This document shows, piece after piece, positions 44,669 through 57,341 of a DNA stretch of 64,000 bases. The notes under the pieces are model-generated. The model searched no databases. It had not been told where the DNA came from and saw nothing but the letters and a program-made list of their open reading frames with translations. This DNA comes from Vitrella brassicaformis CCMP3155 (lineage: Eukaryota; Protista; Chromerida): the NCBI GenBank assembly GCA_001179505.1, contig CDMY01000353.1, positions 1 through 64,000 of the forward strand, read 5' to 3'. Numbering within the stretch: position 1 is the stretch's first letter; each line of letters opens with the position of its first letter. Position numbers and translations under genes: made by a program.

Positions 44669-46495
44669 ATGCCGCCCGACCAGAGCCATGACGATGCCAT
44701 CGTCAGCCCCAGGCGACCCCGCCGCAAAGTGGACGTCTTCAGCCGCCTCACTGGCGATACGGATGAGGACACCCACAGGGATGTGGTGACGGTGTACAGC
44801 AAGGACTGGCACCGGGAGATGTCACGGCACGAGGCTAGCACCACGCGCTCGTCCAGGAAGACCGCATCACCCGCTGCCAGCCCTCGCAGGTGAGACACAC
44901 AAGGTGTCGCTCCCACTCACACATAGACAGCCCCATGACATGATCCACATTTATTTCTCTTCACTCACCCGTCACACTGCTATCTCTCTCTCCCGATCTC
45001 TGTCTGTTCTTTCCGTCTCTCTGTCTGTCCAATAGTGCTGCCTCCGGCATGCCCCACACGGCCACAGCGTCCCCCACACATCGCGACGAGGTCCACGAAG
45101 TCCCACAACATCAGCCGGATCAAACACCGTTTTCAGCCAGGCCCCCATCGCAGGGCACCGGAGTGTCGAGGGAGTCCCGTGACGCCGCCCACAAGCTGCG
45201 TAAGATGGAGACCTTGCGCAAAATAGAGGAATTGCGTGAGACCGACCACCAGAAGATTCTGAGCGACATCGACAGGCGAAAGCAGAGGGAGGCGCGGGCT
45301 TTTGAGGAGAGCATGAAGGCACTCAGCCGGAGGACACCGGCCACGGTGGAGGTGGGGAGGTTGCTGCGGCTGCACCGGGAGCACATCCACAAGAAACGGT
45401 CAGCCAGTCGGTCACATGAGACGGACAGACAATGACGAGTGCATTCTGTGTGGACAGAGTGTCCCTGACGGAGGACTGGAACAGGAGTGTCCTCAATCCC
45501 TTGCAGGAATACATCCAGCAGACGCTCACAGAGCCCCCCCCTCTCCCTGCTGTCATGCAAGCGGGGCCAGCCACTGAGCGCTCCCTCGAGTGGCGGAGGC
45601 GGCAGCGGGCATCCTCCCCCGCATCAGCACGGTACACACAACCGCAATGATGGATGGTGAGTTCTGTCTGTTGACTGCTGGTGTGTTTGTTCTGTGTTCA
45701 GTGAGCTGGCGGCTTCATCAGACGAAGAGCTCTTCCGTCGCACGTATGACTCGTTCTTCTCGCCAAGGCAGCGGGAGATGGCGTACAGGTCGCAGTTTGC
45801 CCGTCGATTGCCGGCCAGAGAATCCCAAGCGTGGAAGGCCACACCATCAGGCCGTGAGTGCCGTCCCACAATGCCCCCTGAGTCGTGGGGCGAGCTCATC
45901 CTTCTGGTAGGTATACAACCAGCTGTATACATGATCGTTCTGTGTGTACTCCTCCATCTGTCTGACTGTCAGGCGTCTCCCTTCAACCACACGCGGGATG
46001 GCGGGCCGCCTCTTGTCGGGAGGGGGAGGAATATTGGCGAGCCCAGCGACCATGACCTTCTCGTGGAAGGCATGACACCGCGGGAGCCAGCGGGGCTCAG
46101 AAAAGGCGGCGACAGGGGCATTCTCAAGCAGGGAGGTATGCACGCGCATATGACCAATTGCAGTGCACCCACACATCATGACATCATGTCGTTTACCAAC
46201 ACCTATGTATGTCTTTGTGCCTCGGTGTCTCTCATCAGGCAAGTTGGCTCTTCAGGGGGAGGCAAGGATGCATCTGACTGAGTATGGCGGCTCCTCGGCC
46301 GCTCCCCTGCAGGACCACTACCACTACAGCATAGGCAGGGACGTCACTGACAGGGAGTTCTCAAAGGGCAAGCGCATCCTGCCTCCGCCATGCATCCGAG
46401 TGCTCAACCGGAAAAAGGCACGCGAGATGCCAAAAACCTTTGCGGCGGGCGAAGAGAGGACGGGGGGAGAGGAGAAGGGGAATGGAATAGAGTAG
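44669..46495 (+). CDS. Coiled-coil hypothetical protein, weakly FAM228-like
   Basis: LLRLHREHIHKKR.SLTEDWNRSVLNPLQEYI and C-terminal QDHYHYSIGRDVTDREFSKGKRI. The resemblance to FAM228-type proteins is from memory only. Confidence 0.5.
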
Positions 46496-46535
46496 ACAAT
46501 TAGGCAGAAAGAGAGAGAGATAGGTAGTGGTCACA

Positions 46536-47700
46536 TCATGCTGATGACGCATGGGTGTCGATCTTCTGCCTGAGGTCGATGAGCAGTGAGTCGACGAGGG
46601 CCTTGGACAGCCCCAGCACCGAGTCAAACGCACCGTCGATCCGCTCGATGTACGGCTCAACCAATGGGTGCTCAATCATCAGACCACCTAAACACACATA
46701 CACACAAGAAGCGCACACACACACACACACACACGGACACACGGACACACGGAAAGACGGACACACGGACACACAACGCAGGGCTGCATGAACCAATCAA
46801 TTGGTGTTAGAAGTTGCCCCCCACGCACCAGCACAGTGCAGGATATCTCCCTCGTCGATGAGCTTCTGGATGATGTCGTCAGGGATGGGCTTGATGTGGA
46901 TGGTCGCCGTGTCCACACCACTCACCTGCACGCACACATGCGCACACACGCAACACACAGTAGGTAACACGGTAAGGCGGCGCACCATTCCATCTGCTCA
47001 CCTGAGTGCGTGTGTGGAGATCGGTGAGGACACATGAGCCGACTGTCTGGCAGGGCGACCGGCCGTAGCCCTCGATGAACTCCCTCGCCTCGGCGCCGTC
47101 GTGAGGCTTCTCGCGAATTCGGCCCTTCCACACAACGACCTGGTCACCTGCACACACAAACAGTGCGGACATCCTGGCACACATGCTGGTCGCTCTCTCT
47201 GCGTGTGGTCTGACTGACCTGTGAGGAGTATCCTGTATGGCGATTCTGTGTTGGCCAGCTTGTCCAGCAGCGCCTGTGCCTTGGCCTTGGCCACCTCCAG
47301 CACCAGCTCTGAGGGACAGCTGGCGCGGTCACCCACCTGCTTCTCATCAATGTCAGCCGACTCAAGATGCAGATCAAATCCCATCTCAGTCAAGATCTGC
47401 CTGCACACATGGAGCACATCCATCCCATGAGCAGCGCATCCATCCATCCACCATACTATCCAGTCAATCGTTGTATGTGTGGTACCTCCTGGTTTTGCTT
47501 TTCGAGCCGACAATGAGTGGCGGGCGCCAGGGCGTCTGCCCATTGGCTGCAGACGACATGATGAGCCCTCCAGCAGCTGTCCTGTGCTGCCTGCGATGAG
47601 TGGAAGACCGCAGCAGGAAGGCGTGAGCCGGGAATGCAATGAATTGGCAGATGGCGAGGGAGAGCGATGCCACGGTGCTAAGGGAAGCGGCTGGACTCAT
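46536..47700 (-). CDS. maf: Maf-family nucleoside-triphosphate pyrophosphatase, likely plastid-targeted
   Basis: LIVGSKSKTRRQIL, SADIDEKQV, LEVAKAKA, LLTGDQVVV...IREKP, CAGGLMIEHPLV..YIERIDG..DSVLGLSK. Leader with signal peptide and AHAF. Confidence 0.9.
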
Positions 47701-47808
47701 TAACAGGCCCAAACCGCGAAGATCTCATGGGCGCGCTGCGAGCTTGGCTGCGAAGACAGAAAGGGAAGACCGACAGAGCCTGTGAAGAAGCCTGTTGTAG
47801 TCTTCGTC
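47701..47808. promoter_or_regulatory. Putative bidirectional promoter between maf and ATPTG11
   Basis: 108-bp divergent spacer with AAACCGC (reverse complement of GCGGTTT) at 47711 next to AGATCT at 47720. Confidence 0.5.
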
Positions 47809-48229
47809 ATGCCTCGTGTGCAGCGGTATCCGGCATCTCCAGTGCAGGAGATCTTCCTGAAGGAGAAGCTGCCGTTCGCCCAGTATGACCCCACCACGGA
47901 GGCCAAGGAGGCACCTGCACCCGCCACGCTCGACTTTGATCAGTGCGTCACTCTCAAGGCCAAATACGAAGACACACTCAAAAGGTCAGTCACACACAAG
48001 GCGGCACGAGAGCAATGACGATGGCTGCACTGCTACCTTCGCTGTTGGTTTGTTGTGTTTGCAGTGTGACGGCGGGCAGCATTTTGCCTGAGCAGGCGGC
48101 CGACAGCGAAGTGGCGTTCCAGTCATGCCTCTCACAGCTGGGTGAGTGAGCCAACTGTCAAGCAGGCCAGGCACATAATATACCGCCACAGTGTGTTTCG
48201 CTCATCTCCCTCCGCCTCTGTTGGTTGCA

Positions 48230-48262
<33 letters not shown>

Positions 48263-48431
48263 GTGTGCAGGGATTGCGCACATCAAGGCGACCGATGCGT
48301 CATGGCAGGAGCTGAAGAGGGGGATGGTGGATAAGATTGACTTCGACAAGCTGAGTGAGCAGGACCCCCGGCAGAAGACCCTCAAATGGACCGTTCCCAG
48401 CATCAACCTGGCCAAGAAGTATGGCGTGTGA
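47809..48431 (+). CDS. ATPTG11: Homolog of apicomplexan mitochondrial ATP synthase subunit ATPTG11
   Basis: Three exons (47809-47984, 48065-48141, 48271-48431) give ~137 aa. The N-terminus QRYPASPVQEIFL...PF.Q.D, a two-Cys helical hairpin and the C-terminal VPSI..KY match my recollection of Toxoplasma ATPTG11. Confidence 0.75.
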
Positions 48432-49301
48432 TGGTGTGGTGCTGTCCTGCTGCCTCTGATGCCCCTGCTGACTTGATTGCTCTTGGAAGGTTGCTCGATG
48501 ACGGGGGAGGGAGGATCTCTCAATGGTGTCAGAGAGAGATGTGTATGTGTGGTTGCCCTACTGGTTGTACCAAGCGTCACGCCGGGAGCGGGACGGCTAG
48601 ACTGCAGCCATACTCGCATAGGCCAGACTCCTTCCACGCTTGTCTGGAAGCTGCCTCGTCTATGTGGGTGTGGCGTGGGTCCAGCCATCTCTCTCCTGTC
48701 CATGTGACGCGTGGCCGATACAATATACAAGTGCCCTTGCTGTGTTGCCGGTTTTTTGGTCATGTGCACAATGGACACGTGCTTTGATCTTACTGATTGG
48801 ATTTGATTGAATGGCACCTTCCTTCACTCGAGGGTGTCACGTCATGCAGTGGTTACAGGCAGAAAGAGACGGTCATAGCCGATCAGACAGAGAGAGAGAG
48901 AGGGATACAGGCAGGTGCGGAAGTAGCAAAGCAGTGCAAGCCGGCGCTTGAGCAACGAACAAAGTCTCTGTACAACAGCTCATCCATCCATCCATGGCAG
49001 CTGCATGTGTCGGTCATCAAGTAACGTCGAACCGGTGCTCCGTGCGTGCACAGTTGTCGTTCCGACGTTACTTGACGACTCCCACATGCAGCTCCGCAGG
49101 ACCATGAGTGTGTGTCTCCATTCTTCCTCCATATCCATCATGGCTACAGCTACAGACAATGTCCGTCGTCAAAGCGATATCTGCCGCCACAAACACACAC
49201 ACATACACCCACCCGCAGGCACACGCACACGAGCATACGTACCGTCTATTCTTCAATGCGGTCGCTTCCCACCTGTGTGTTGTACTTAGGTGGTCTTGGA
49301 T

Positions 49302-50091
49302 CTATTTGGCTTTGAGTGCCACGAGCAGCGCGTTGGTGACCACGGTCATCTCGTTGAATGCCTTCGCCACCTCGCCGACCAGCTCCAGCATGTCCTCCTT
49401 GCCACTCCAGGCCTCGACCAGCGACATCGCATACGCCTCCCCCTCCAGACCCGCCCCCTTCAGCTCCTCCTTCAACTCGTCCTCGGGCGACGGGTCAGTG
49501 CTCGCCTCGAAGCCCTCACGGCCACTGGTGGGGTGGAACATGCCACCACGCAACCGCAGAACCAGGTGCAGGGTGGATTCCAGCTTGATGTTGTAGTACA
49601 TGAGCATCAGGTTGTCCTCCAGCTGTCTGCCGCCGAACATCAGGCGCTGCGAGTCGACAGGGATGTCCTCCTTGTCCTGCAGCTGGCGCTTGATGGCCAA
49701 CACCGAGTCGTCCAGCTGAACATCGAGGGTGACGGTCTTGCCTACAATGACAGCAAACATGCATACACACATCCGATCACGTGTGCAGCCCAGCCGGGGC
49801 GTGCCGATCATCCTGACCATGGAGTGTTTTGACGAAGATCTGCGTCCCTCCACGCTCCTTGGCCTCCTCAGCCACCTCTCTGGCCATCTCACGCATCTTG
49901 TCGGCGCCTTCTTTGGCCTCCGCCTTGAGGTGCTGCAGATGGTGCACCTGCTCGTCCACCGGCTTGTCCGCGAGAGCCTTGAGCGCGTCGCGGTGACCAT
50001 GCTCTGCATGGCCAACAACGCCCTTCTGCACCATTACCAGCCCCTCCCAAGCGTGGCACAGTCTGGCAAGCGCCTTGCCGCTCTCAAGCAT
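49302..50091 (-). CDS. Protein with an internal ubiquitin domain flanked by helical extensions
   Basis: After one intron the frame reads QIFVKTLH|GKTVTLDV...[27 protein letters not shown]...[29 protein letters not shown]... The start could be 50091 or 50121. Confidence 0.88.
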
Positions 50092-50191
50092 GGCGAAATT
50101 CAAAAGTTGTTGAGCTCGCATTCAGACGTTGGGGCGCCCAGGCAAGAGTGTTTACATCCTCACAGGATCTGGCAAATATTCAATATATTCA

Positions 50192-53100
50192 ATGGAGCGT
50201 GGAGGGTTTCGCATCGTTCCCGACTTTTGGAGGGAGTACAGGAAGGGTAAACTGCTGGGCAGGGGAGGCATCGCATCCGTCTTCGAATGCGTCGACACCT
50301 GCGGCCGGCAATGGGCAGTCAAGCAGATCCCGAAACAGACACAAAGGTATGCGCATTCCATGCCACACAGCACCACACAGAGCCCCTGGCAGAGGCAGCG
50401 CATTGGATCTTTGTGTGCAGACTATGTTGTGAGGAAAGCTACTTCCGGGATGTGTATCGCATCCTGAAGAGCCCCGCGGCCAGGCACCCAAATCTCGTGA
50501 CCATCTATGACGTTGTTGAGGACCAGAACTACTTCTACATCATCATGGAACGACTAGAGGTGCGGAAACAAACCAGAACGCATCGGCAGATGTGAATGGA
50601 GTAGAGTGTGTGCGGTGGTCTGTTGGTAGGGCCCTGGTCTGTTTGAGTTGCTGTGGACGTATCAAAGAGGCGACGCGCCCGAGTGGCTGGCACAGAAAGT
50701 CGCCCGGGACATCCTCAAAGCCGTCCGCCACCTGCAGACCATTGGCGTCAGCACACACGCACACACCTACACACAACAAGACCCATATCTACCCTCATGT
50801 GCGTGTTTCTAAATCCATTCTGTCGGCAGATATATCATCGCGACATCAAGCCCGACAACATCACCTTCCGTAGGCCTGTTTCGAGTGCTCTCGGCACCAT
50901 GCCAGACTCCAATGACGCCGTGCTCCTCGACTATGACTTCGTGCTGCTCGTGGGCCGCCACGGTGGCGGACAGCTGGCCGAGAAGGGGAGCGTCAGGGTG
51001 ACTCCACAGGGGACCGTGCCATACATGGTGGGTGAGTGGGATGGGGGGAGAAGGGGGAGGCTGGCTGGTCTGGTCTTTGATGTGTGTGTGTGTGTGTGTG
51101 TGTGGTTTGTGGCTGGTCTGTCTGTGTCTGCAGGCCCCTGAGGTGTTTGAGGGCAACTACAGCATCCAGGCGGAGCTTTACTCGACCGGCATTCTCCTGT
51201 AGGCCATCCTTCCACTAGACGTGAAGATCCCTTCATTCAGAATACCCATCACATGCCGCTTGTACTTTCGTGCCAGGTTTGTGATGCTAACAATGCATTT
51301 ACCCTATGATGTGAAGTCTGCAAAGCCGCTCGACAAGGTCTTCCACACCATCAGACAGGTAGGTAAAGGACCATACACAAACGCCCGCAGACAGGCCTCA
51401 TCCATCTCCCCCTCCTTCACTTGTCAGAGTGTGGATGGCCGTCGTCTGCGAGAGAGCCTGCCGAGCCGCAGCTCGGCTGCGGTGGACCTCATCACCTCCC
51501 TCCTCGCTTTCGACGTCAACCACAGATGCCCCGATGGTGAGTCGAGTAACCAAAGCACCCGCGCCCCGCACAACCTGCAATCCCCTCGCTCTTTGCAGTG
51601 GAGTCTGCCCTGCGAAGCCCGTGGCTGCGTGAGGCGTCTTTGACGACCCCACGCGCTTCCCAGCCTTCACGCCCCACATACCTCTCGTGCAACGAGTCCT
51701 CCCCCGGCCCCCCGCCCCAGCTGAGTCTCTCCCATGCCCAACCAGGTCCCGCCACCACCTCGCCCCTCAAACGCAAGATCAAGCAGCCATCTCGACTCAC
51801 ATGGCGGGCCAACCCACTGCTGAGGAGCCCTCAGAGACAGCCTGAGGTCAAGAAGAGGACCACCACCACACAAGGCCCGACACCAGGGCTGTTGCAGCTG
51901 CCGACTGGGGGTGGCCAGAATCGTGGTGCTGGTGTTGGCAATACCAGAGAGAGGACAGGGGCGAGGCTCGGCGCTCAGCACACGAGAGCGAGTGACGGCG
52001 GTAGAGGGCGCATTGGAGGGCGCAGCGAGGATCTGTCGACCGCTGCATCGATGGCCCAGCGCGACCCCGTCATCAGCCCCCGCATCCCATACGAGCAGCT
52101 GACCCCTGTCCGCTCATCGCTGAGGCGGCGCGAGGGGCTATCCCCAGTCATCGAGTCGCCCATCAAGCACATCAACATGCGAGATGACCACACCAAGAGG
52201 CAGCCCAAGCACACCGGGCCCACTGCCGCCATGAGGAGGGATGACGTTGGCGTGAGGAGGGAAAGGAGGGCCCCTGCTGCTGCTGCTGGTGGTGGTGGTG
52301 GGGGGGATGGGGCAAGGAAGGGCGATGGAGATGTGGGCGTGGGTGCTTTGCAGCGGGATGGTCGCAAAGAGGGGGTGGTGCCGACTTGGAGGCAGGTGTG
52401 TGCCGCTGAGACGCCGCACAGAGAGACCCTCCCCAAGAGGCTCAAGGATCGCAGCGCATCGCAGGCACCCACCGGAAAGCCACCTGAAGGCACTCGGGTA
52501 CACACAGACAGAGACAGAGAACAGGGGGCAGCACAACACCGGACGTCACTCTCTCTTCACGTGTCTGTGTGTGTGTCTGTCTGTCTCATTCATGTGCCTG
52601 CCAGGCCTCTCCCTTCCCTCCCCTCGCCCATCAGCCGCCGCCGCGTCCACCAGGCGTACCCTTTCGCCTGCAGCTCAACCTGGCCGGCCCCGTCCCACTC
52701 CCACCACCCGAGCGGCTGAGGGCAAGTCCCATGGTCGTCCCGAGACTCAGCCTCAACCCGCCACCACCTCCACCTCCACCCATGACAAAGCAGATGCCCG
52801 TCCACGTGCAGTCCACCGCCACAAGCACTCCAGTGCCCCCTACCCCGGCTCCTCCATTTCTACCGCCGGCACTCATCTCGCCCCGTGTCGTGTCGATGGC
52901 CGAGAAGCAGGCAGTGAGGGCCAGACAGGTGGTGCTGTGCAGCAGCAGCGGTGCTGCGAGGGGGCCTCCTCCACCGCCCCTGATCAGGGGGGCAGATGCG
53001 CACGTGTCGCGGATGAGGGTAGCGGCGAGTATGGAGCACCTGCTGGGGCCGGGACCGCCATCCACCGCACCTGTGCATCGACACAGAGAAGGTACACCGA

Positions 53101-53242
53101 CAGAACACAACACGTGAAGGCAATGTGTGTGGCGTACGTGTTGTGGTTGTGTGGTTGTGTGGTCGTGTGTGCAGGTCAGAGGGAGGTGCCCGCCACGGCT
53201 GGTGTGAGGGATGTCGGGCGGCCACTGAGTAGGGTAGGCTAG
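50192..53242 (+). CDS. Divergent Ser/Thr protein kinase (CAMK-like) with long Pro/Ser/Arg-rich tail
   Basis: LGRGGIASV, WAVKQI, HPNLVTIYDVVED..YFYIIME, IYHRDIKPDN, LLDYDF, GTVPYMAPE, AVDLITSLLAFDVNHR, SALRSPWL. Confidence 0.88.
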
Positions 53243-53617
53243 ACAGAGGGGGGATGGACAGGACATGCAGCGGTATGTACCTCTCCTCGCTGCCTCGACA
53301 GACAGTAGATCGTAGATACGCATGCCACGCCCAGACGTGACGCGGACTTGCTCAAACCGTCGCAGTGACACGGCATGGCAGCACGCATTTGTTCATTCAC
53401 TCAGTCACTCAGTCAAATTGTCGGTAGAGTCCCTCCCTCCGCACATGACCCATCGGACCGTCCAATGCCACGCCACATGGACCCACCCACCCACCACCAT
53501 GTATCACGCTGGGTTGAAATCAGCCACGCACACGCACGCGTCGAAAAGAAGGACCGACGGGAGAAAGCAGGCAGGCAGGCAGGCAGGCAGAGGCGGGGTC
53601 TTGCATGGTATGTTGAC

Positions 53618-53719
53618 TTAGTCGAAGAGTGAGAAGCCCATGTCCTCGTCCTCCTCCTCTTCCTCCTGTGTGCAGCCAACCACACCACAGACAGACAGAC
53701 AGACAGTATGAGGGCAGCC

Positions 53720-53750
<31 letters not shown>

Positions 53751-54297
53751 AGTGGTGGCTGGTCTGACCTCCTTCTTCTCTTCCTCCTTGGCCTCCTCCG
53801 CCGCGACAGCTGCGCCACCTGCGCACACACACAGACACGCAATACACAGAGGGTGAGAGCATCAGGTTGTCGTTCGCCGATCGGTCAGCGCCTGGATGAG
53901 CGTGTGTTGTTTGGTCCTTACCTGCGGCAGGTGCAGCTCCTCCAGCAGCGACAGCAGCTCCGCCACCGCCACCAGTGGGCACAGACTGGAGCTTCGTCAG
54001 ACCATCAGCAATCACCTGAATTGAACACACCACACCGTCGCACAAACACAAGTGTGCCCACACAGCGACACCCCCAGTGACGTGTTTCACGCAGATCTTT
54101 CCTCCCCTCGCTTCCCCTGCCCTCCCACCGACCTCGTGAGGTGACTTGCCCTCCATCTCGCTGAGAAGCTTCTCCAGGATGTCCGAGTCGACGTCGATGG
54201 CCACCGACGACAGGATGTTCTCGATGTCGGACGCGGACGGGCTCTCGTTGCCGCCCAGCACCGCCATCAGATACGCAGCAACGTACTTCATCGCCAT
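53618..54297 (-). CDS. RPLP2: 60S acidic ribosomal protein P2
   Basis: MKYVAAYLMAVLGGNESPSASDIENILSSV...VIADGLTKLQSVP...Ala/Gly hinge...EEEEEDEDMGFSLFD*, 4 exons. Confidence 0.98.
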
Positions 54298-54623
54298 TTT
54301 GACGCAGAGCGAGGCGCAGATCAGATCTGCCTTGCGAGCTAAACATGACCAAACCACTGGCCGAACGCGATCGGGCGAGATTTGAAGACAGGGGAGGAGT
54401 GCGAGGCGCTGCACGAGTCCTTGCCCAGCATCCTTAGAGCACCCTTGGCTCCGCAGACCGCCGTACCCGTTCGCTGTGCTTGTGTCTGTGAGCCTGCCCT
54501 CCTCTCTACATCCCTCGGCCGCACTCATCTCCTCGTGCGTCCACAGGTCGAAGGTGCTGCCCGAGATAAAGATGAAGCTACGAGGGAAGGTGGCTGGGCT
54601 TTGACTTTTGAGCGCAGAGGTCT

Positions 54624-56313
54624 ATGAAGCAACGAGGTGCCCGCGCTTTCCCTCTCACTACTACCAGGATGAGGGTGCTGATGATGGCCGTCACGCGGAA
54701 TTTGGTGCTGATGATTCTTTGTGGGGCGTGGACCTGTTCACAGCAGGTACACACACTGTCAGAGGCCATCATTTGATGCTTCAGTGTGCAGGGCCAACTT
54801 GTGTGTTTCAGGTGCATTTGCGCCGTGTGCAGGAGGCCTCTCCGCCGAACGGCACGTCGCTGTCTTCGTCAGAGTATGAGGGGCTGCTCGGCCTGGTTGG
54901 CAACGGCACTACACAGCTCACCTCACTCTACCGGTAGACACGCACATCATGCCAACAGAGAAAGCTAATGGGCCGATTCCGTCTGTGTGTGTGTTGGTGT
55001 GTATGTGTTGTGTAGGACGTCTGTGCACGGCACCTCCTATCTCGATCTGCTGGACAAAGTGGGCGACGCGAAGCCTCTCGTGTTGGTGATTCGCAAGGAC
55101 AAGTATGTGTTCGGCGGCTTTATCAATTGCGGCATACAGCTGCCCGACGACCCCACCGACTGGCACAGATACGACTGTGATACGTGGTATTTCTCGCTGG
55201 CCGGCCACTTCACCCAGCCGACCAAGATAGACATCACCGGACGGGGTCAGATTAATGAAGTAAATAATCAGTGGGTGCTTGTGGCGGGGAGAAACGCGGA
55301 TGTGGGGGCGAGTGCAAAAGTGTTTGTCGGTGGGGATCTGCATCTGGGCTGGGGTGACAATGAGCGGCCTGCCGCAGACATTCGCAGCTGCTCTCAGTGG
55401 CTTCACGGCAACGATTTGCCTGAGGGCTACACGGGAGAGACGATGTACCAAGGAGGTGCTGTGTTCGGTGGGTCAGAAAAATTCATGGCTGACGAGATCG
55501 AGGTGCTGCAGGTGGGCAGTGATATGGCCTCCGCTGACACGGAAGAGGTATGTAGACACGCCATCCGCCCGTTCACTCGATCGATGCTTGGTGTGCATCC
55601 CTCGCTGATTATTCCCAGGCTTCTGTACAGGGATCCCTGCCTGACGAGGCGTCGCTGCCTGCGTCAGAACATGAGGGGCTGCTCGGCCTGCTGGGCAATG
55701 ACACCACAGACCTCATCTCACTCTACCGGTAGACACACACATCTCATGCCGTGATGCCAACAGCTGCCAGACGGCTCGCGCTCTCTCTCTCCCCCCCTCT
55801 GTGTGTGTGTGTGTGTGTGTGTGTAGTACGTCTGAGCACGGCACCACCTACGATGACCTGCTGGACTCAGTGGGCGACGCAAAGCCTCTCGTGTTGGTGA
55901 TCAAGAAGGATGAGTATATCTTCAGCGTCTACATCAGTGCCGGCCTCCGGCTGCCTGACGAGCCGACTGGCGACCATGAGTACGATTGTGATGTGTGGTG
56001 GTTCTCACTGGCCGGGCATTTTCCTACACCGACCAAGATCGACATCGGCCGAGGTCAGTGGGTGCATGTAGCGGGGAGGCAGGGAAATGCGGGTGGTGCG
56101 AATGTGCACATCGGTGGGATGCTGGATCTGGGCTGGGGTGGAAGTGTGTCTGGCCGGCCTGCTGCCGACATCCGCAGCTGCTCTCAGTCGACTGACAGCG
56201 ACGATCTGCCTGCGGGCTACACGGGAGAGTGGGAGTATGGCGATGCTGCCTTGGGTGGGTCGTATGAGTTCATGGCGGATGAGATAGAGGTGCTGCATTT
56301 GGTGGGGCTGTGA
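54624..56313 (+). CDS. Signal-peptide-bearing protein with two tandem TLDc-like domains
   Basis: Exon 1 is hydrophobic (MRVLMMAVTRNLVLMILCGAWTCS). Two copies of LY(R/S).S.HG..Y.DLLD.VGDAKPLVLVI.KD.Y.F...FSLAGHF..PTKIDI...GG..(K/E)FMADEIEVL follow. Confidence 0.85.
55000..56313 (+). repeat. Intragenic tandem duplication of the TLDc unit, including its intron
   Basis: The small exon ending ctcactctaccg|gtagacac is duplicated (54922-54940 and 55718-55737), as are long coding tracts such as gtgggcgacgcgaagcctctcgtgttggtgat and gccgcagacattcgcagctgctctcagt. Confidence 0.9.
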
Positions 56314-57341
56314 GGGAGGGAGAGAGCTGTGTCTGGTTGTCTGTCTGTCTGTCTGTCTGTCAGGTTGTCTGTCTGGCTGTCTGGCTGTCTGTCTGTCTGT
56401 CGAAGTGCTGCACACGGGGCAGTGACTGAGTGAAGTCTATGTCTGTCTGCCAGTGTGTGTGTCTCTCGTAACTCCCCTTTTCCATCTCCTATCGCTCATG
56501 TGAGTGGCTGCCTCCTCTCTCTCGTGAGGCATCTTAATTTTCCGAGTCTTGTATAACATAGTGATTCAGTGTCGGCGTAGGTCAATCGGGCTTACCTGAC
56601 GGTCATCTGTGACGCGTCTGGCCTGTCTGCCTGCTTGCCTGCCTGTCTGAAATGTGTGTGTCTGTGTGTCCTGATCGAGTACCTAACAGACAGACAAACA
56701 GCTGCGTGAGTGACTGGGTGCACGTCGGTAGTCAGTCAATCGATTTGACTGAGTGCAGGTGCATCGCAACAAATGCATTCTTCCATCGATGCTGGCTCTG
56801 CACCAGATCTGGTCTTGCGAGCTCAAGCCACTGGCCGAACGCGATCTGCGGCGAAAAAAGAGCATGAGCGCGAGAGCTTTTATGGACACAGCATCGCGCA
56901 TCTGCCCCAGGGGCCGGGACTTCGGTGTCCGTTAGCGAACGATTGAACGAACGAACGAACGAACGAACGAGAACTTCTGCCACAAGCTACTTGACTACCG
57001 ATGGATCACTATTGAACAGACCCCACAGCACTGACAGCCCCTCGCTCACCCTCGACCCGCCAGGTTGCCTGAGGCCCTCCGATCTGTACCTGCCTGACGA
57101 GTCCGTACAGGCGGGGCTGGTGCTTTGCGACAATCAGCGACATCCCGATCAGCCGTCAGCATGGGAATGTGGATCGCTGTTGCTGGAATGTGCGCCTGAA
57201 GAGCCGTCAGCTGAGGCGTTTGACCTTCTGAATTGTGAGGAGAAGAGGCGGTGGACCAAGTAGCAAGTCGAAGGTGTCTGAGGCCCTGAGAGCCTCATCG
57301 TCGTCGACCAGTTCCACGCTCTATCAGTCAGCAGAGCCATC

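Noticed and set aside
56925-57263. 112-aa plus-strand ORF upstream of the amine oxidase
   Set aside because: It begins in an (AACG)n microsatellite, has no clear ATG context and no recognisable motif.
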